Notes: generated by a model not told the origin, from the letters alone. DNA of 32,000 nt from Delftia acidovorans NBRC 14950 (GCF_001598795.1 NZ_BCZP01000005.1:60001-92000), one strand, 5' to 3'; shown: positions 8,275 to 17,350, counted from the stretch's first letter. A program made the numbers and translations.

Positions 8275-9504
8275 TCAGCGGCCCGCGCCGACCCGCTGCC
8301 GCCGCCCCAGCCCCATCCATCCGATGGCTGCAGCCAGCAGGCTCAGGACCACAAGGGCTGTGTGCTGCAGCGTCGGCACGGGGGTCACCTGGCCACCGCC
8401 GGGTGGAGCCGCCACCGTATTGATGGACGCGGAAGCCATGCACGGCACCGTTCCCACGACCTGCCCTGCTTGCATGCACTGCACCGCCGGGTCCCCGGCA
8501 TTCACGGTGGCCACATTGGTAATGGTTGCGGGCGCCGGGTTGGACACGCTGGCCATCACGGTGAAAACCAGCGAGTCTCCTGCCGCGAACACGGGCACCG
8601 TGACTGCCAGCGATCCGGAGCCTGACGCCACGGGACATGGCGTGCTGGCGCCGGGCGTACAGATCCAGGTGGCGCGCTCCAGGCCGGCAGGCAGGCTGTC
8701 GGCAATCTGCGCCTGGGTGGCGGGCACGGTCCCCGTATTCCTGACGGTGATGGTGTAGCGCACCTCCTGCCCCGCCTGCACCTGGCCTGCGGGCGAGATG
8801 CTGTGGGTCAACGACAGGGCAGGATGCACGGCCTCCCTGTGCCAGGACATGACGTTCTGGTTTTGCACGGGCGCCCCGGTCCACGCAACGGACACGCCGT
8901 TGTCGGGCATCTCATAGGTGCCCAAACAGGTGTCGCTTTCACCCGAATGGCTGACCTGCTGGGATGTTTCCGAGAACAAGGAAGCGCACATCGCGTTGTT
9001 CATGGCACCCACCTGTTCTGTGGCCATTTCAAACCGGCTGAGCATATCCACATCATTGGGAGATCCACCCGGGCCAATTTGATTGATGGAGCGGTGCGGA
9101 TTGTTTCCCGTCAGCCAGCGTTGAAGGTGGATTCTGTTTCTCACGATATTGGACCCACTGTCCGTGGAAACCCTGAAAATGAATGCGCGCACATCCGGAT
9201 CGGAACTGCTGTAGGTGTTCAATCCGTCCGAGAAACTATAGGAAGTCACCAGCGCCCTTATTTCGCTCTCGTCCAGATTGGGCTGCAAGGGTGCGGCCGT
9301 TTCAAACCAGCCGGCCAGGCGGGCGGTCCTCGGAAAATCCTGGCATGAGCCGTGAGACCCCAGGGGACACGCCGTGCGATCCTGGAAATCCGAGTAGGAG
9401 GTTCTCATCTCCCCGTAGTAACGGGTCACTTGCGCGCTGGCGGGGGGGCAGGCCGAGAGTGCTGCGCCGGCCATCAAGGCAGCCATGAGGGCGTGATTTT
9501 TCAT
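8275..9504 (-). CDS. Secreted surface protein: unknown N-terminal domain + DUF11-type repeat domain + IPTL-CTERM sorting signal
   Basis: The signal peptide is MKNHALMAALMAGAALSACPPASAQ. A DUF11-like segment reads GQEVRYTITVRNTGTVPATQAQIADSLPAGLE...DSLVFTVMASV...ITNVATV. The extreme C-terminus is PVPTL-QHTALVVLSLLAAAIGWMGLG-RRQR, i.e. the motif, a TM helix and a basic cluster. Confidence 0.8.
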   Translation of the reverse strand: MKNHALMAALMAGAALSACPPASAQVTRYYGEMRTSYSDFQDRTACPLGSHGSCQDFPRTARLAGWFETAAPLQPNLDESEIRALVTSYSFSDGLNTYSSSDPDVRAFIFRVSTDSGSNIVRNRIHLQRWLTGNNPHRSINQIGPGGSPNDVDMLSRFEMATEQVGAMNNAMCASLFSETSQQVSHSGESDTCLGTYEMPDNGVSVAWTGAPVQNQNVMSWHREAVHPALSLTHSISPAGQVQAGQEVRYTITVRNTGTVPATQAQIADSLPAGLERATWICTPGASTPCPVASGSGSLAVTVPVFAAGDSLVFTVMASVSNPAPATITNVATVNAGDPAVQCMQAGQVVGTVPCMASASINTVAAPPGGGQVTPVPTLQHTALVVLSLLAAAIGWMGLGRRQRVGAGR

Positions 9505-9511
9505 AGAACTC

Positions 9512-9550
9512 CCAGTGATAGATAGATTTGAGCTATCAAGGTATCACTGG
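9512..9550 (-). promoter_or_regulatory. Inverted repeat in the 5' leader of the IPTL-CTERM gene, overlapping its SD
   Basis: The outer arms are ccagtgata (9512-9520) and tatcactgg (9542-9550). The inner arms are gatag (9521-9525) and ctatc (9533-9537). The SD GGGAG (plus-strand ctccc, 9509-9513) shares 2 nt with the outer stem. Confidence 0.4.
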
Positions 9551-9836
9551 CATTGAACTTTAAAAATCAACAATCCCTTACAGCCACTATTCAATGACAA
9601 ATATTTGCAATCCCGCCATTGGAATTGAACTCCAAGCCGTCGTCCTGTTTACTTTTCAACGGAGAGCGCCGATGAATGCGGAACTCCATAACAACCGATC
9701 TTCCGCCCAATATCCTTTTTGATTGGATCGCACAATACCCCATTTGAATCAACGATATTGTGACAAACGTTTCAAACAGTAAATAACAATAAGAAATGGC
9801 GGTAGATCCGACCCTGGAACGCCGAGGACGGCTCCC

Positions 9837-10322
9837 TCACCGATCCACAGGCAGCGCCAGCGTCTCCTTGACCTCTTCCATCACCACATAGCTGTGCGAC
9901 TCGGCCGGCACGGGCAGTTTCTTGAGGATGTCGCCCAGCAGGCGGCGGTACTCGCGCATGCCGCCCAGGCGGGCCTTGACCAGGTAGTCGAAGCTGCCCG
10001 AGACCAGGAAGCACTCCAGCACGTCAGGCACGTGCAGCAGCTCCTGGCGCACCTTGTCGAAGACCTCGCCCGACTTGGACGAGAGCTTGATCTCCACGAA
10101 CACCAGCAGCGTCTTGCCCAGCGCCTCGGGCGAGAGGTGGGCGTGGTAGCCGGTGATCACGCCATCGCGCTCCAGGCGGCGCACGCGCTCCGAGCAGGGC
10201 GTGGCCGAGAGGCTGACCTGCTCGGCCAGTTCGGTCATGGAGATGCGGCCGTCCCGCTGCAGGATGTCGAGGATCTTGCGATCGGTGCGGTCAAGCACGC
10301 GGTTTTCACTTTTGGCGGCCAT
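9837..10322 (-). CDS. lrp: Lrp/AsnC-family transcriptional regulator (Lrp/DadR-like), divergent from dadA
   Basis: The sequence ...DRTDRKILDILQRDGRISMTELAEQVSLSATPCSERVRRLERDGVITGYHA...LLVFVEIKL...FLVSGSFDYLVKARL...SYVVMEEVKE is collinear with E. coli Lrp as I remember it. Confidence 0.9.
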   Translation of the reverse strand: MAAKSENRVLDRTDRKILDILQRDGRISMTELAEQVSLSATPCSERVRRLERDGVITGYHAHLSPEALGKTLLVFVEIKLSSKSGEVFDKVRQELLHVPDVLECFLVSGSFDYLVKARLGGMREYRRLLGDILKKLPVPAESHSYVVMEEVKETLALPVDR

Positions 10323-10436
10323 GGCGGCGATTCCCGGGGCTTATCAATCACTGGAGAGTAGCAATATTTCAGTGGTTTCCACTGCCTCATCGTCAATAGA
10401 CTTTGATTTCATCTTGTTGACCTGGCGGTGAATCGT

Positions 10437-11735
10437 ATGAAAGTCCTTGTTCTTGGCGGCGGTGTCATCGGCGTGACCAGTGCGTACTACCTGGCGCGGG
10501 CCGGTGCCGAGGTCACGGTGCTGGACCGGCAGGATGCGCCCGCGTCCGAAACCAGCTTTGCCAACGCAGGCCAGGTCTCGCCCGGCTACTCCACGCCCTG
10601 GGCGGCGCCCGGCATTCCGCTCAAGGCCCTGAAGTGGATGCTGCAGGAACACGCGCCGCTGGCCGTGCGCCTGGACGGCAGCCTGTTCCAGCTGCGCTGG
10701 ATGGCGCAGATGCTGCGCAACTGCTCGGCCCAGCGCTACGCCGTCAACAAGGAACGCATGATGCGCGTGGCCGAGTACAGCCGCAGCTGCCTGCAGCAGT
10801 TGCGCGCCGACACCGGCATTGCCTACGAGCAGCGCACGGGCGGCACCTTGCAACTGTTCCGCACCCAGGCCCAGCTGGACGCCGTGGGGCGCGACGTGGC
10901 CGTGCTGCGCGAATGCGCCGTGCCCTTCGAGCTGCTGGACCGCGACCAGCTCGCCCAAGTGGAGCCCGCCCTGGCCCAGGCGCGCGACCGGCTGACGGGC
11001 GGCCTGCGCCTGCCCAAGGATGAGACCGGCGACTGCCACCGCTTCACCAACGAGCTGGCCCGCATCGCCACCGGCCTGGGCGTGGAGTTGCGCTTCAACC
11101 AGAACGTGGATGGCCTGGTGGTCGAAGGCGGCCGCATTGCCGGCGTGCGCGTGAATGGCGAGCTGCTGACCGCCGACCGCTATGTGATGGCCTTCGGCAG
11201 CTACTCGCGCCAGGCGCTGGAGCCGCTGGGGCTGGACCTGCCCGTCTACCCCGTCAAGGGCTATTCGCTCACCGTGCCGCTGGGCAACCCGGCGCTGGCG
11301 CCGCAGTCCACGGTGCTGGACGAGACCTACAAGATTGCCGTCACCCGCTTTGACGACCGCATCCGCGTGGGGGGCATGGCCGAGCTGGGCGGGTTCGACC
11401 TGCGCCTGGACCCGCGCCGCCGCGCCACGCTGGAACTGGTGGTCAACGACCTGTTCCCGGGCGGCGATGTGGCGCGCGCCAGCTTCTGGACCGGGCTGCG
11501 GCCCATGACGCCGGACGGCACGCCCATCATCGGCGCCACGCACTATGCCAACCTGTTCCTGAACACCGGCCACGGTACGCTGGGCTGGACCATGGCCTGC
11601 GGCTCGGGCCGCCTGATCGCCGACCTGATCACCGGCCGCAGCCCGGAAATCAGCACGGACGGCCTGGCCCTGGACCGCTACACGCACCGGCCGGCCCGGC
11701 ACCTGGGGGGCAGCTCCACGCCCGTGTCCGCCTGA
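10437..11735 (+). CDS. dadA: D-amino-acid dehydrogenase
   Basis: The ATG at 10437 gives [32 protein letters not shown] (FAD Rossmann fold), then [22 protein letters not shown]... and ...[16 protein letters not shown], typical of DadA. The divergent lrp partner fits. Confidence 0.92.
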   Translation: MKVLVLGGGVIGVTSAYYLARAGAEVTVLDRQDAPASETSFANAGQVSPGYSTPWAAPGIPLKALKWMLQEHAPLAVRLDGSLFQLRWMAQMLRNCSAQRYAVNKERMMRVAEYSRSCLQQLRADTGIAYEQRTGGTLQLFRTQAQLDAVGRDVAVLRECAVPFELLDRDQLAQVEPALAQARDRLTGGLRLPKDETGDCHRFTNELARIATGLGVELRFNQNVDGLVVEGGRIAGVRVNGELLTADRYVMAFGSYSRQALEPLGLDLPVYPVKGYSLTVPLGNPALAPQSTVLDETYKIAVTRFDDRIRVGGMAELGGFDLRLDPRRRATLELVVNDLFPGGDVARASFWTGLRPMTPDGTPIIGATHYANLFLNTGHGTLGWTMACGSGRLIADLITGRSPEISTDGLALDRYTHRPARHLGGSSTPVSA

Positions 11736-11768
11736 GCGTCCTGAGCGCGGCCGGGCGTCGCCCCCACT

Positions 11769-12476
11769 TCAATGCGCCGAGAACCCCAGCAGGTATTCGT
11801 AGCTGAGGCTGGTGGTGCGCGCGTCGCCTGCCACGGGCAGGCGCACGATGGCCAGCAACTGGTTCATGCCGGCACGCGGTGTGACGGTCACCAGGCCGTC
11901 GGCATCGGTTGCCAGTGGCGTGCCGCTTTCTCCCAGCGACACGCGCACGCCGGCCCGGGGCTGGCCGTTCAGCAGCACCTGGAATTGCTGGGGCTCGCCC
12001 GCGTGAGGCGAGCGGCGGGTCCTGGCGATGATCTCCAGGGTCTGGCCCAGCTTCTCGCGGGTGACCGGGCCCCATTCGAGGATGGTCTTGTGGAACTTGA
12101 GCGCATGCACGCCGCTGGTGGCACCGGGGTTCTCGGTCATGGGCTTTTCGACCATCGGCCCCTCGCCCACGCGGCTGAAAAATCCGTTGTCGAAATGCGC
12201 GGCCAGCAGCGCAGCCTTGCGGGCCGGCGTGGCGCGGGCGCCGCCGGGCACGGGCTGCACGGCCACGTCGATGCGGCGGCCGCGCGCGTCATAGGCCTCA
12301 ACGCTCTTGAGCTTGCCGGCCGCAAAGTTCTCCAGCTTGCCCTCATGGCCGCCGAATTGAACGGTGTAGGCGCCGTCGGCATCGGGCTCCAGCCAGACGT
12401 TGTGGGCCTGGGCCAGCGGTGCGCAGGCCAGCAAGGCCGCGAATGCGGCGGATGTGAAATAGGGGTGGGATTTCAT
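11769..12476 (-). CDS. DUF4198-domain periplasmic protein (nickel/cobalt-uptake associated)
   Basis: The ATG at 12476 gives MKSHPYFTSAAFAALLACAPLAQAHNVWLEP... The signal peptide is followed by the H-x-W-[LI]-x-P start typical of DUF4198. The gene is 11 nt downstream of the TonB-dependent receptor. Confidence 0.75.
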   Translation of the reverse strand: MKSHPYFTSAAFAALLACAPLAQAHNVWLEPDADGAYTVQFGGHEGKLENFAAGKLKSVEAYDARGRRIDVAVQPVPGGARATPARKAALLAAHFDNGFFSRVGEGPMVEKPMTENPGATSGVHALKFHKTILEWGPVTREKLGQTLEIIARTRRSPHAGEPQQFQVLLNGQPRAGVRVSLGESGTPLATDADGLVTVTPRAGMNQLLAIVRLPVAGDARTTSLSYEYLLGFSAH

Positions 12477-12487
12477 TTCTTGCTTCC

Positions 12488-14551
12488 TCAAAACTGTGTC
12501 TGCACGCCGACCTTGAGCGTGCGCGGCGCGCCGGGCGCGAACAGCGGCACGCCGCGGATGACCGAGGCCGACGTGGCATAGGCCTTGTCCCCCAGGTTGG
12601 AGACCACGGCATAGATGCGGCTGCGCGCCGAAGGCAGGCGCCAGCTCAGGCCCAGGTCCCAGGTGGCGTAGCCGCCGTAGAACACGCTGTTGTCGGCCGT
12701 GACGGCATAGCGGCCCACGCGGCGCCAGGTGAGCGTGCCCTCCCACTGCGCCAGCGGGCGCCAGGCCAGGCCCACGGTGGCCGTCTGCCGGGGCACGCCG
12801 GCCACCTGGTTGCCGACCAGGGCCGGGTTGCCGTTCTCGGTCACGCGCGAATGGGCGCTGCCCCAGGCCAGTTGCAGGTCCAGGTTCTTGCGCACCGCCC
12901 ACAGCGCGCTGGCCTCCAAGCCCGTGCGGCGCGTGGCGCCGAAGTTCTCGTACACGCCGGGCGCCACGTTGCGGATCTCGCCCGAGGACTGCAGCCGATA
13001 GGCGGCCACATCCAGCACCAGGCCCGGCATGGGCTTGATCTGCGCGCCCACTTCGGTCTGCCGAAAGATATTGGGGTCCAGCCGCGCAGCGCCCAGCGCG
13101 TACTTGGCGAAATCGCTGGCCAACGCAAATCCTTCGGACCAGCTGGCGCGCAGCAGCACGCCCGGCGCCACCTGCGAGCGCAGGCCCAGCTTGGGGCTGG
13201 CATGCGAGGTGCGCGCGAGCGGGCCGCAGGGGTCGCTGCCCGTCTCGGGGCCGTTGGGACGGCAGCCGCCCGTGAAGCGGTCCCAGCGCAGGCCGGCGGA
13301 CAGCTGCAGCAGGCGGTGAACGGGCGCATCCACCTCGGCAAAGGCCGAGAGGGTGTTGAGCCTGGAATTGCGGTCGTCAATGGCTGCGCCGGTGCGCTCG
13401 CGCCATTGCAGGCCGTCGTAGAACTGGTAGTCGGTGGACTCGCGCACGGCCTCCAGCCCGGCCACCCAGTTGAGCGGGGTGAGCGCCGTGACATGGCGGC
13501 CATTGAGGCTGGTGCCGGCGCCGTAGACGGCGCGGTCATAGCTTTCCTCGCGCTGGCGCCACTGCAGTGCGTCGATGGGCCGGCTGAACCAGCGCGTGAA
13601 GCTTTGCTGCGTGGTGTAGGCATGGCCCAGCCAGGTCAGCCGGGGCGAGAGCGCGTACTGCACATCGGCCCGCAGCGTGGCGAAGTTCTTGCGCGTGCCA
13701 TCGTTCATGGCGCGCGGGTCCATGCCTTGCGGATCGCGCGCGAACTGCCCCGCCGTCAGGTACGACGGCGAATCGCCCTCACCATGGTGCAGCCGTGCCG
13801 ACAGCGCAACCTCCAGCTGCGGCGTGAGCCGCTTGCTCCAGCGCAGGGCCGCCGTGCTGCGCTGGAACTGCGACTGCGCGCGAAATCCATCGGTGCGGTA
13901 GTGCTGGGCCGCCAGGTTCAGGAATTCGCCCTCCCCCAGCTTCAGCCCCAGGGCGCCCTGCGCGTCCAGCGTGCCGTGGGAGGACAGGCTGACATCAGCC
14001 TCGCGGTAGGGGGTGTAGTCGCCCTGCTTGCGCGTCTCTATCGCCATCAGCCCTGCACGGTTGAAGTTGCCGTACAGCGCGGACACGGGACCCTTGTAGA
14101 TGCTGATGCGCTCCATCTCCAGCGGCACGATCACGCCCAGGTCCACATAGCCGTCAGCATGCGACATGGCCTCGTTCAGTGGAATGCCGTCCAGCACCAC
14201 GCCCACGTCGCCGCCATGGCCGCCACCGCCGAAGCCGCGCATGACGATGGCGTCACCCACGCCGGACAGCTGGTAGTTCTGCACATTCATGCCCGGCACC
14301 TGGCGCAGCAGCTCCTGCGGATGGCTGACATGGGCGTTGGCGATGTCCTCGGCCTCGATCACCGTGGTGGTGTAGGCGGCCGAGGCGCCGCGCGCGGTCT
14401 GGCCCTTGACCTCGACAGGCTGCAGGCTGGCCGTGGCGTCGCCCGCCTGCTGTGCACCGACATGGGGAATGCAACCCAGGCCCAGCAGGCCAGCTGCCGC
14501 AATCTGGTGCACGGCAAGGCGCCGGGAAAGGGAATTCAGGGAATGTGTCAT
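12488..14551 (-). CDS. TonB-dependent outer-membrane receptor (probable Ni/Co uptake)
   Basis: There is a signal peptide and a plug domain (...VEVKGQ...VIEAEDI...LLRQVPGMNV...IVMRGFGG...ISIYKGPVSALYGN...). A long beta-barrel ends in the C-terminal ...KVGVQTQF. A NikR box lies upstream. The ATG at 14551 is preferred over the TTG at 14584. Confidence 0.92.
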   Translation of the reverse strand: MTHSLNSLSRRLAVHQIAAAGLLGLGCIPHVGAQQAGDATASLQPVEVKGQTARGASAAYTTTVIEAEDIANAHVSHPQELLRQVPGMNVQNYQLSGVGDAIVMRGFGGGGHGGDVGVVLDGIPLNEAMSHADGYVDLGVIVPLEMERISIYKGPVSALYGNFNRAGLMAIETRKQGDYTPYREADVSLSSHGTLDAQGALGLKLGEGEFLNLAAQHYRTDGFRAQSQFQRSTAALRWSKRLTPQLEVALSARLHHGEGDSPSYLTAGQFARDPQGMDPRAMNDGTRKNFATLRADVQYALSPRLTWLGHAYTTQQSFTRWFSRPIDALQWRQREESYDRAVYGAGTSLNGRHVTALTPLNWVAGLEAVRESTDYQFYDGLQWRERTGAAIDDRNSRLNTLSAFAEVDAPVHRLLQLSAGLRWDRFTGGCRPNGPETGSDPCGPLARTSHASPKLGLRSQVAPGVLLRASWSEGFALASDFAKYALGAARLDPNIFRQTEVGAQIKPMPGLVLDVAAYRLQSSGEIRNVAPGVYENFGATRRTGLEASALWAVRKNLDLQLAWGSAHSRVTENGNPALVGNQVAGVPRQTATVGLAWRPLAQWEGTLTWRRVGRYAVTADNSVFYGGYATWDLGLSWRLPSARSRIYAVVSNLGDKAYATSASVIRGVPLFAPGAPRTLKVGVQTQF

Positions 14552-14566
14552 GCGTTTCCAGGAGTT

Positions 14567-14593
14567 GTATGAAGAAAAAAGCAAACTTCATAC
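14567..14593. promoter_or_regulatory. NikR operator candidate: GTATGA-N15-TCATAC
   Basis: GTATGA is at 14567-14572 and TCATAC at 14588-14593, with an A-rich 15-nt spacer. The site lies 16-42 nt upstream of the receptor ATG, in the 89-bp gap after nikR. The E. coli nik operator is GTATGA-N16-TCATAC. Confidence 0.75.
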
Positions 14594-14640
14594 CGACCTG
14601 CATGACAAGGGCTGCGCAAGGCGCCCGGCCCCGGGCTGGC

Positions 14641-15099
14641 TCAATCGTCGTGCGAATGCGGATGGTGGTGCGCGTGATCGTGCCCGCCAGGCTCTGCCCT
14701 GCGCACCATCACCACGTTGAGCTGGCCGTGGTGCACGCCGCGCTCGGCCGTGATGGTGTCGGCAAATCGCCGCACGGCGCTGGCCGGGCCGCGCAGCATC
14801 ACCGTCTCTATGCACTGCTCATGGTCCAGGTGCACATGGGTGGTGGCCATGTGCAGCTCATGGTGGTCGTGCTGCAGGCTGGCCAGGCGCTCGGACAGGT
14901 CGCGCTCGTGGTGGTTGTAGACATAGGACAGGTTGGCCACGCACAGGCCGTCGGCGTCCTCGCGCTCGCGCACCTGGGCCAGGTGGGCGCGCAGCACGTC
15001 GCGGATGGCCTCGGAGCGGTTGTCGTAGCCGCGCGCGGCGATCCATGCGTCGAAATCACGGGCCAGGTCGTCGTCGATGGAGATGGTGAAGCGTTCCAT
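14641..15099 (-). CDS. nikR: Nickel-responsive transcriptional regulator NikR
   Basis: The ATG at 15099 gives MERFTISIDDDLARDFDAWIAARGYDNRSEAIRDVLR (ribbon-helix-helix). An ACT-like metal-binding domain follows (...YVYNHHERDL...HVHLDHEQCIE...). The C-terminal tail is His-rich: GGHDHAHHHPHSHDD. Confidence 0.92.
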   Translation of the reverse strand: MERFTISIDDDLARDFDAWIAARGYDNRSEAIRDVLRAHLAQVREREDADGLCVANLSYVYNHHERDLSERLASLQHDHHELHMATTHVHLDHEQCIETVMLRGPASAVRRFADTITAERGVHHGQLNVVMVRRAEPGGHDHAHHHPHSHDD

Positions 15100-15344
15100 G
15101 GGCAGCAGAAGTGGGGAAACAGGTGGCGGGAACAAAAAAGGTCGGCATCACGCAGGATGTGCCGGCCATTGTCCGGCCATCCAGGCCGGTGCCCTGCATG
15201 CAACACCCGCGCCAATCACTGTCGGCGCAGGCTGGCAATAGCGACAAACCACCACGGTCATGCTTTGTTCACATTCGCGCAATATCCGGTTACCCTGATC
15301 GAGGTTGCGCAGTGCGCACCGTCGATCGCTGAAAGGGGCGCGGC

Positions 15345-15704
15345 ATGCAGTATTCATTCGATCAGCTTCTGGACATGCTGCTGTCCCTGCTGGAGGCTGC
15401 GCCCGCCTGTTCCTCGCGCGAACAGTCCTTCGAGCAGCTGCGCACGCTGTGGCTTCAGACCCACACCTATTTCGCGGCCCCCGAGACCGAGCTGCGCCGC
15501 CTCGCCGGACGCAGGCTGGTCGAACTCCACGGCTGGAAGGATCTGGACAAGGACCCCTGCTACCTGGACCACGATCCCGGCAACGGCAGCGCCCTGCGCA
15601 TCTACCTGCACCGCGATGGTGGCATGGTGATACAGCGCCTGCAGGGCGATGGCCGGCAGATCCTGTTCTCGCGCCTGGGCGTGCAGTTGCAGCCTGCTAG
15701 CTGA
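15345..15704 (+). CDS. Hypothetical protein (119 aa, no recognisable domain)
   Basis: The ORF starts with ATG and has backbone-like G/C-rich third codon positions. The sequence is MQYSFDQLLDMLLSLLEAAP...RIYLHRDGGMVIQRLQGDGRQILFSRLGVQL. It converges on the MFS gene with an 8-nt overlap. Confidence 0.4.
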   Translation: MQYSFDQLLDMLLSLLEAAPACSSREQSFEQLRTLWLQTHTYFAAPETELRRLAGRRLVELHGWKDLDKDPCYLDHDPGNGSALRIYLHRDGGMVIQRLQGDGRQILFSRLGVQLQPAS

Positions 15705-17250
15705 GCCTGCGCCCGGCTTGCGGGGCCAGTTGCTCCGGGGAAGACACGGCCCGGCCCTTGCGCTCCAGCAGCCACAGCACGGCCAGCGCCGTGACCACCG
15801 CCAGCCCCGCCAGCAGCAGCAACAGATCGTGGAAGGCCGCGCCGTACACCTGCGCCAGCAATCCGTCCTGCCCCGGCAGCACCTGGGCGGCACGCGCCAG
15901 ATCGGCCTGGGCAAGCTGCCCGGCCATCTCGCGCCGCAGGCCTGCATCGAGCGACAGCCCGCCAAGCCGCCCCTCCACCAGCACCGCCAGCACGGCGCCC
16001 GCCACGGCCAGGGCCACGCCGTCCGCCGAGATGCGCACGGTGTTGAAGATGCCCGTGGCCATGCCCACGCGGTCTGGCGCCACGGTGCTCACGGCCAGCC
16101 CGTCCATCAGGCCCCAGGGCAGGCCAATGCCGGTGCCTATCAGCAGCAAGGGCAGCGCCAACGCCGGACCGGCGCCCTGCCCGAAGGCACCGGCCAGCCA
16201 CCACAGGCCCGCCGCGGCCAGCAGCAGACCGGCCGCCGACAGCCGGCCGGGGCTGATCCAGCGCGACAGCAGGCCCACCAGCAGGGCCGCCAGCAGCGGC
16301 ACCACCAGCAAGGGCGCCGCCAGCCAGCCCATCATGCGGCCCGCCGCCAGCGGGCTGAGGCCCTCCACGCCGATGAAGCGCCCGGGCAGCATGACCACCA
16401 GAGAGATGAACAGAAACGCCGGTGACGCCGCCAGCAACTGCACGCCCAGAAAGCGCGGCTGCGAGAACAGCGACAGATCCAGCAACGGACGGGCCACGCG
16501 CCGCTGCACCGCCACGAAGACCACGAGCAGCACGGCGGACAGCGCCAGCGGCCCCAGCACCTCGGCATGGAGCCAGCCGCGCTCGGGCACCATCAGCACG
16601 CCGTAGGTGAAGCCGCCCAGGGCCAGGGTGAACAGGGCTGCGCCCAGCCAGTCGGGCCGGTCGGCAGACACGGCTTCATCGCGCCGCGCGCTGGCCATCA
16701 CCATGGGCAGGCCGAGCAGCGCCACCAGCCCCGTCCCATGGAACACCCAGCGCCAGCCCAGGCTGTCCACCATCAAGCCCGACACCCAGGGGCCGAAGGC
16801 CAGGCCCAGGCCAAAGGTCGTGCCCAGCAGGCTGAAGGCCCGCATGCGCGCTGCGCCCTCGAACAGCGGCGCCAGCGAAGACATGGCCGCCGCAAAGGCC
16901 ACCGCCCCGCCCAGCCCCTGCAGCAGGCGCAGCCCATCGGCCCAGCGCAGATCGGTTGCCAGGCCCACGCCAAAGCTCAGCAGGCCGAACCAGGCCAGCC
17001 CCAGCAGCCACAGGCGGCGCCGGCCATGGATGTCGGTCAGGCTGCCGGCCACCATCATGGCGCTGCCGTAGCTCAGGATGTAGGCATTCATGATCCAGCC
17101 CAGCTGGGAGGGCGTGCCGCCCAGCTCGGCATGGATGGAAGGCAGGGCCACGGCCGGGCCCGTGAAGCTCAGGGGAATCAGCAGCCCCGTCAGGCAGACG
17201 GCCAGCAGTTGCAGCCATTTGAGGGGGCTGCCGCGAGAGAGGGAAGACAT
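15697..17250 (-). CDS. MFS transporter, 14-TMS DHA2 (EmrB/QacA-like) type
   Basis: The protein is 517 aa with many TM segments. The MFS motif A-like sequence GSLTDIHGRRRLWLLG is present. A LysR gene lies divergent to it. Confidence 0.88.
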   Translation of the reverse strand: MSSLSRGSPLKWLQLLAVCLTGLLIPLSFTGPAVALPSIHAELGGTPSQLGWIMNAYILSYGSAMMVAGSLTDIHGRRRLWLLGLAWFGLLSFGVGLATDLRWADGLRLLQGLGGAVAFAAAMSSLAPLFEGAARMRAFSLLGTTFGLGLAFGPWVSGLMVDSLGWRWVFHGTGLVALLGLPMVMASARRDEAVSADRPDWLGAALFTLALGGFTYGVLMVPERGWLHAEVLGPLALSAVLLVVFVAVQRRVARPLLDLSLFSQPRFLGVQLLAASPAFLFISLVVMLPGRFIGVEGLSPLAAGRMMGWLAAPLLVVPLLAALLVGLLSRWISPGRLSAAGLLLAAAGLWWLAGAFGQGAGPALALPLLLIGTGIGLPWGLMDGLAVSTVAPDRVGMATGIFNTVRISADGVALAVAGAVLAVLVEGRLGGLSLDAGLRREMAGQLAQADLARAAQVLPGQDGLLAQVYGAAFHDLLLLLAGLAVVTALAVLWLLERKGRAVSSPEQLAPQAGRRLS

Positions 17251-17330
17251 GGTTTGTGCGCCATTTCAAGAAACGACCGCCAGCGTAGGCCCGCCTTCAT
17301 CTGAGACAATCCATCTTCATTTCCGAACAC

Positions 17331-17350
17331 TTGAGACACCCGAGTCTCAA
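17331..17350. promoter_or_regulatory. LysR-type box: TTGAGAC-N6-GTCTCAA perfect inverted repeat
   Basis: The sequence ttgagacacccgagtctcaa lies in the 133-bp MFS/LysR divergent intergenic region. A third half-site-like ctgagaca is at 17301-17308. Confidence 0.5.

Noticed and set aside
10370-10384. The CAGTGG-ttt-CCACTG dyad in the lrp/dadA intergenic region as an Lrp site.
   Set aside because: Lrp sites are degenerate and AT-rich, and this short GC-containing dyad does not resemble them. It could bind something else, but a 6-bp arm is within chance expectation.
15136-15175. A minus-strand terminator-like element (cggca...tgccg followed by accTTTTTTg) upstream of nikR.
   Set aside because: The stem is only 5 bp with a 12-nt loop. 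The nearest upstream co-oriented gene (MFS) ends more than 500 nt away. The support is too weak.
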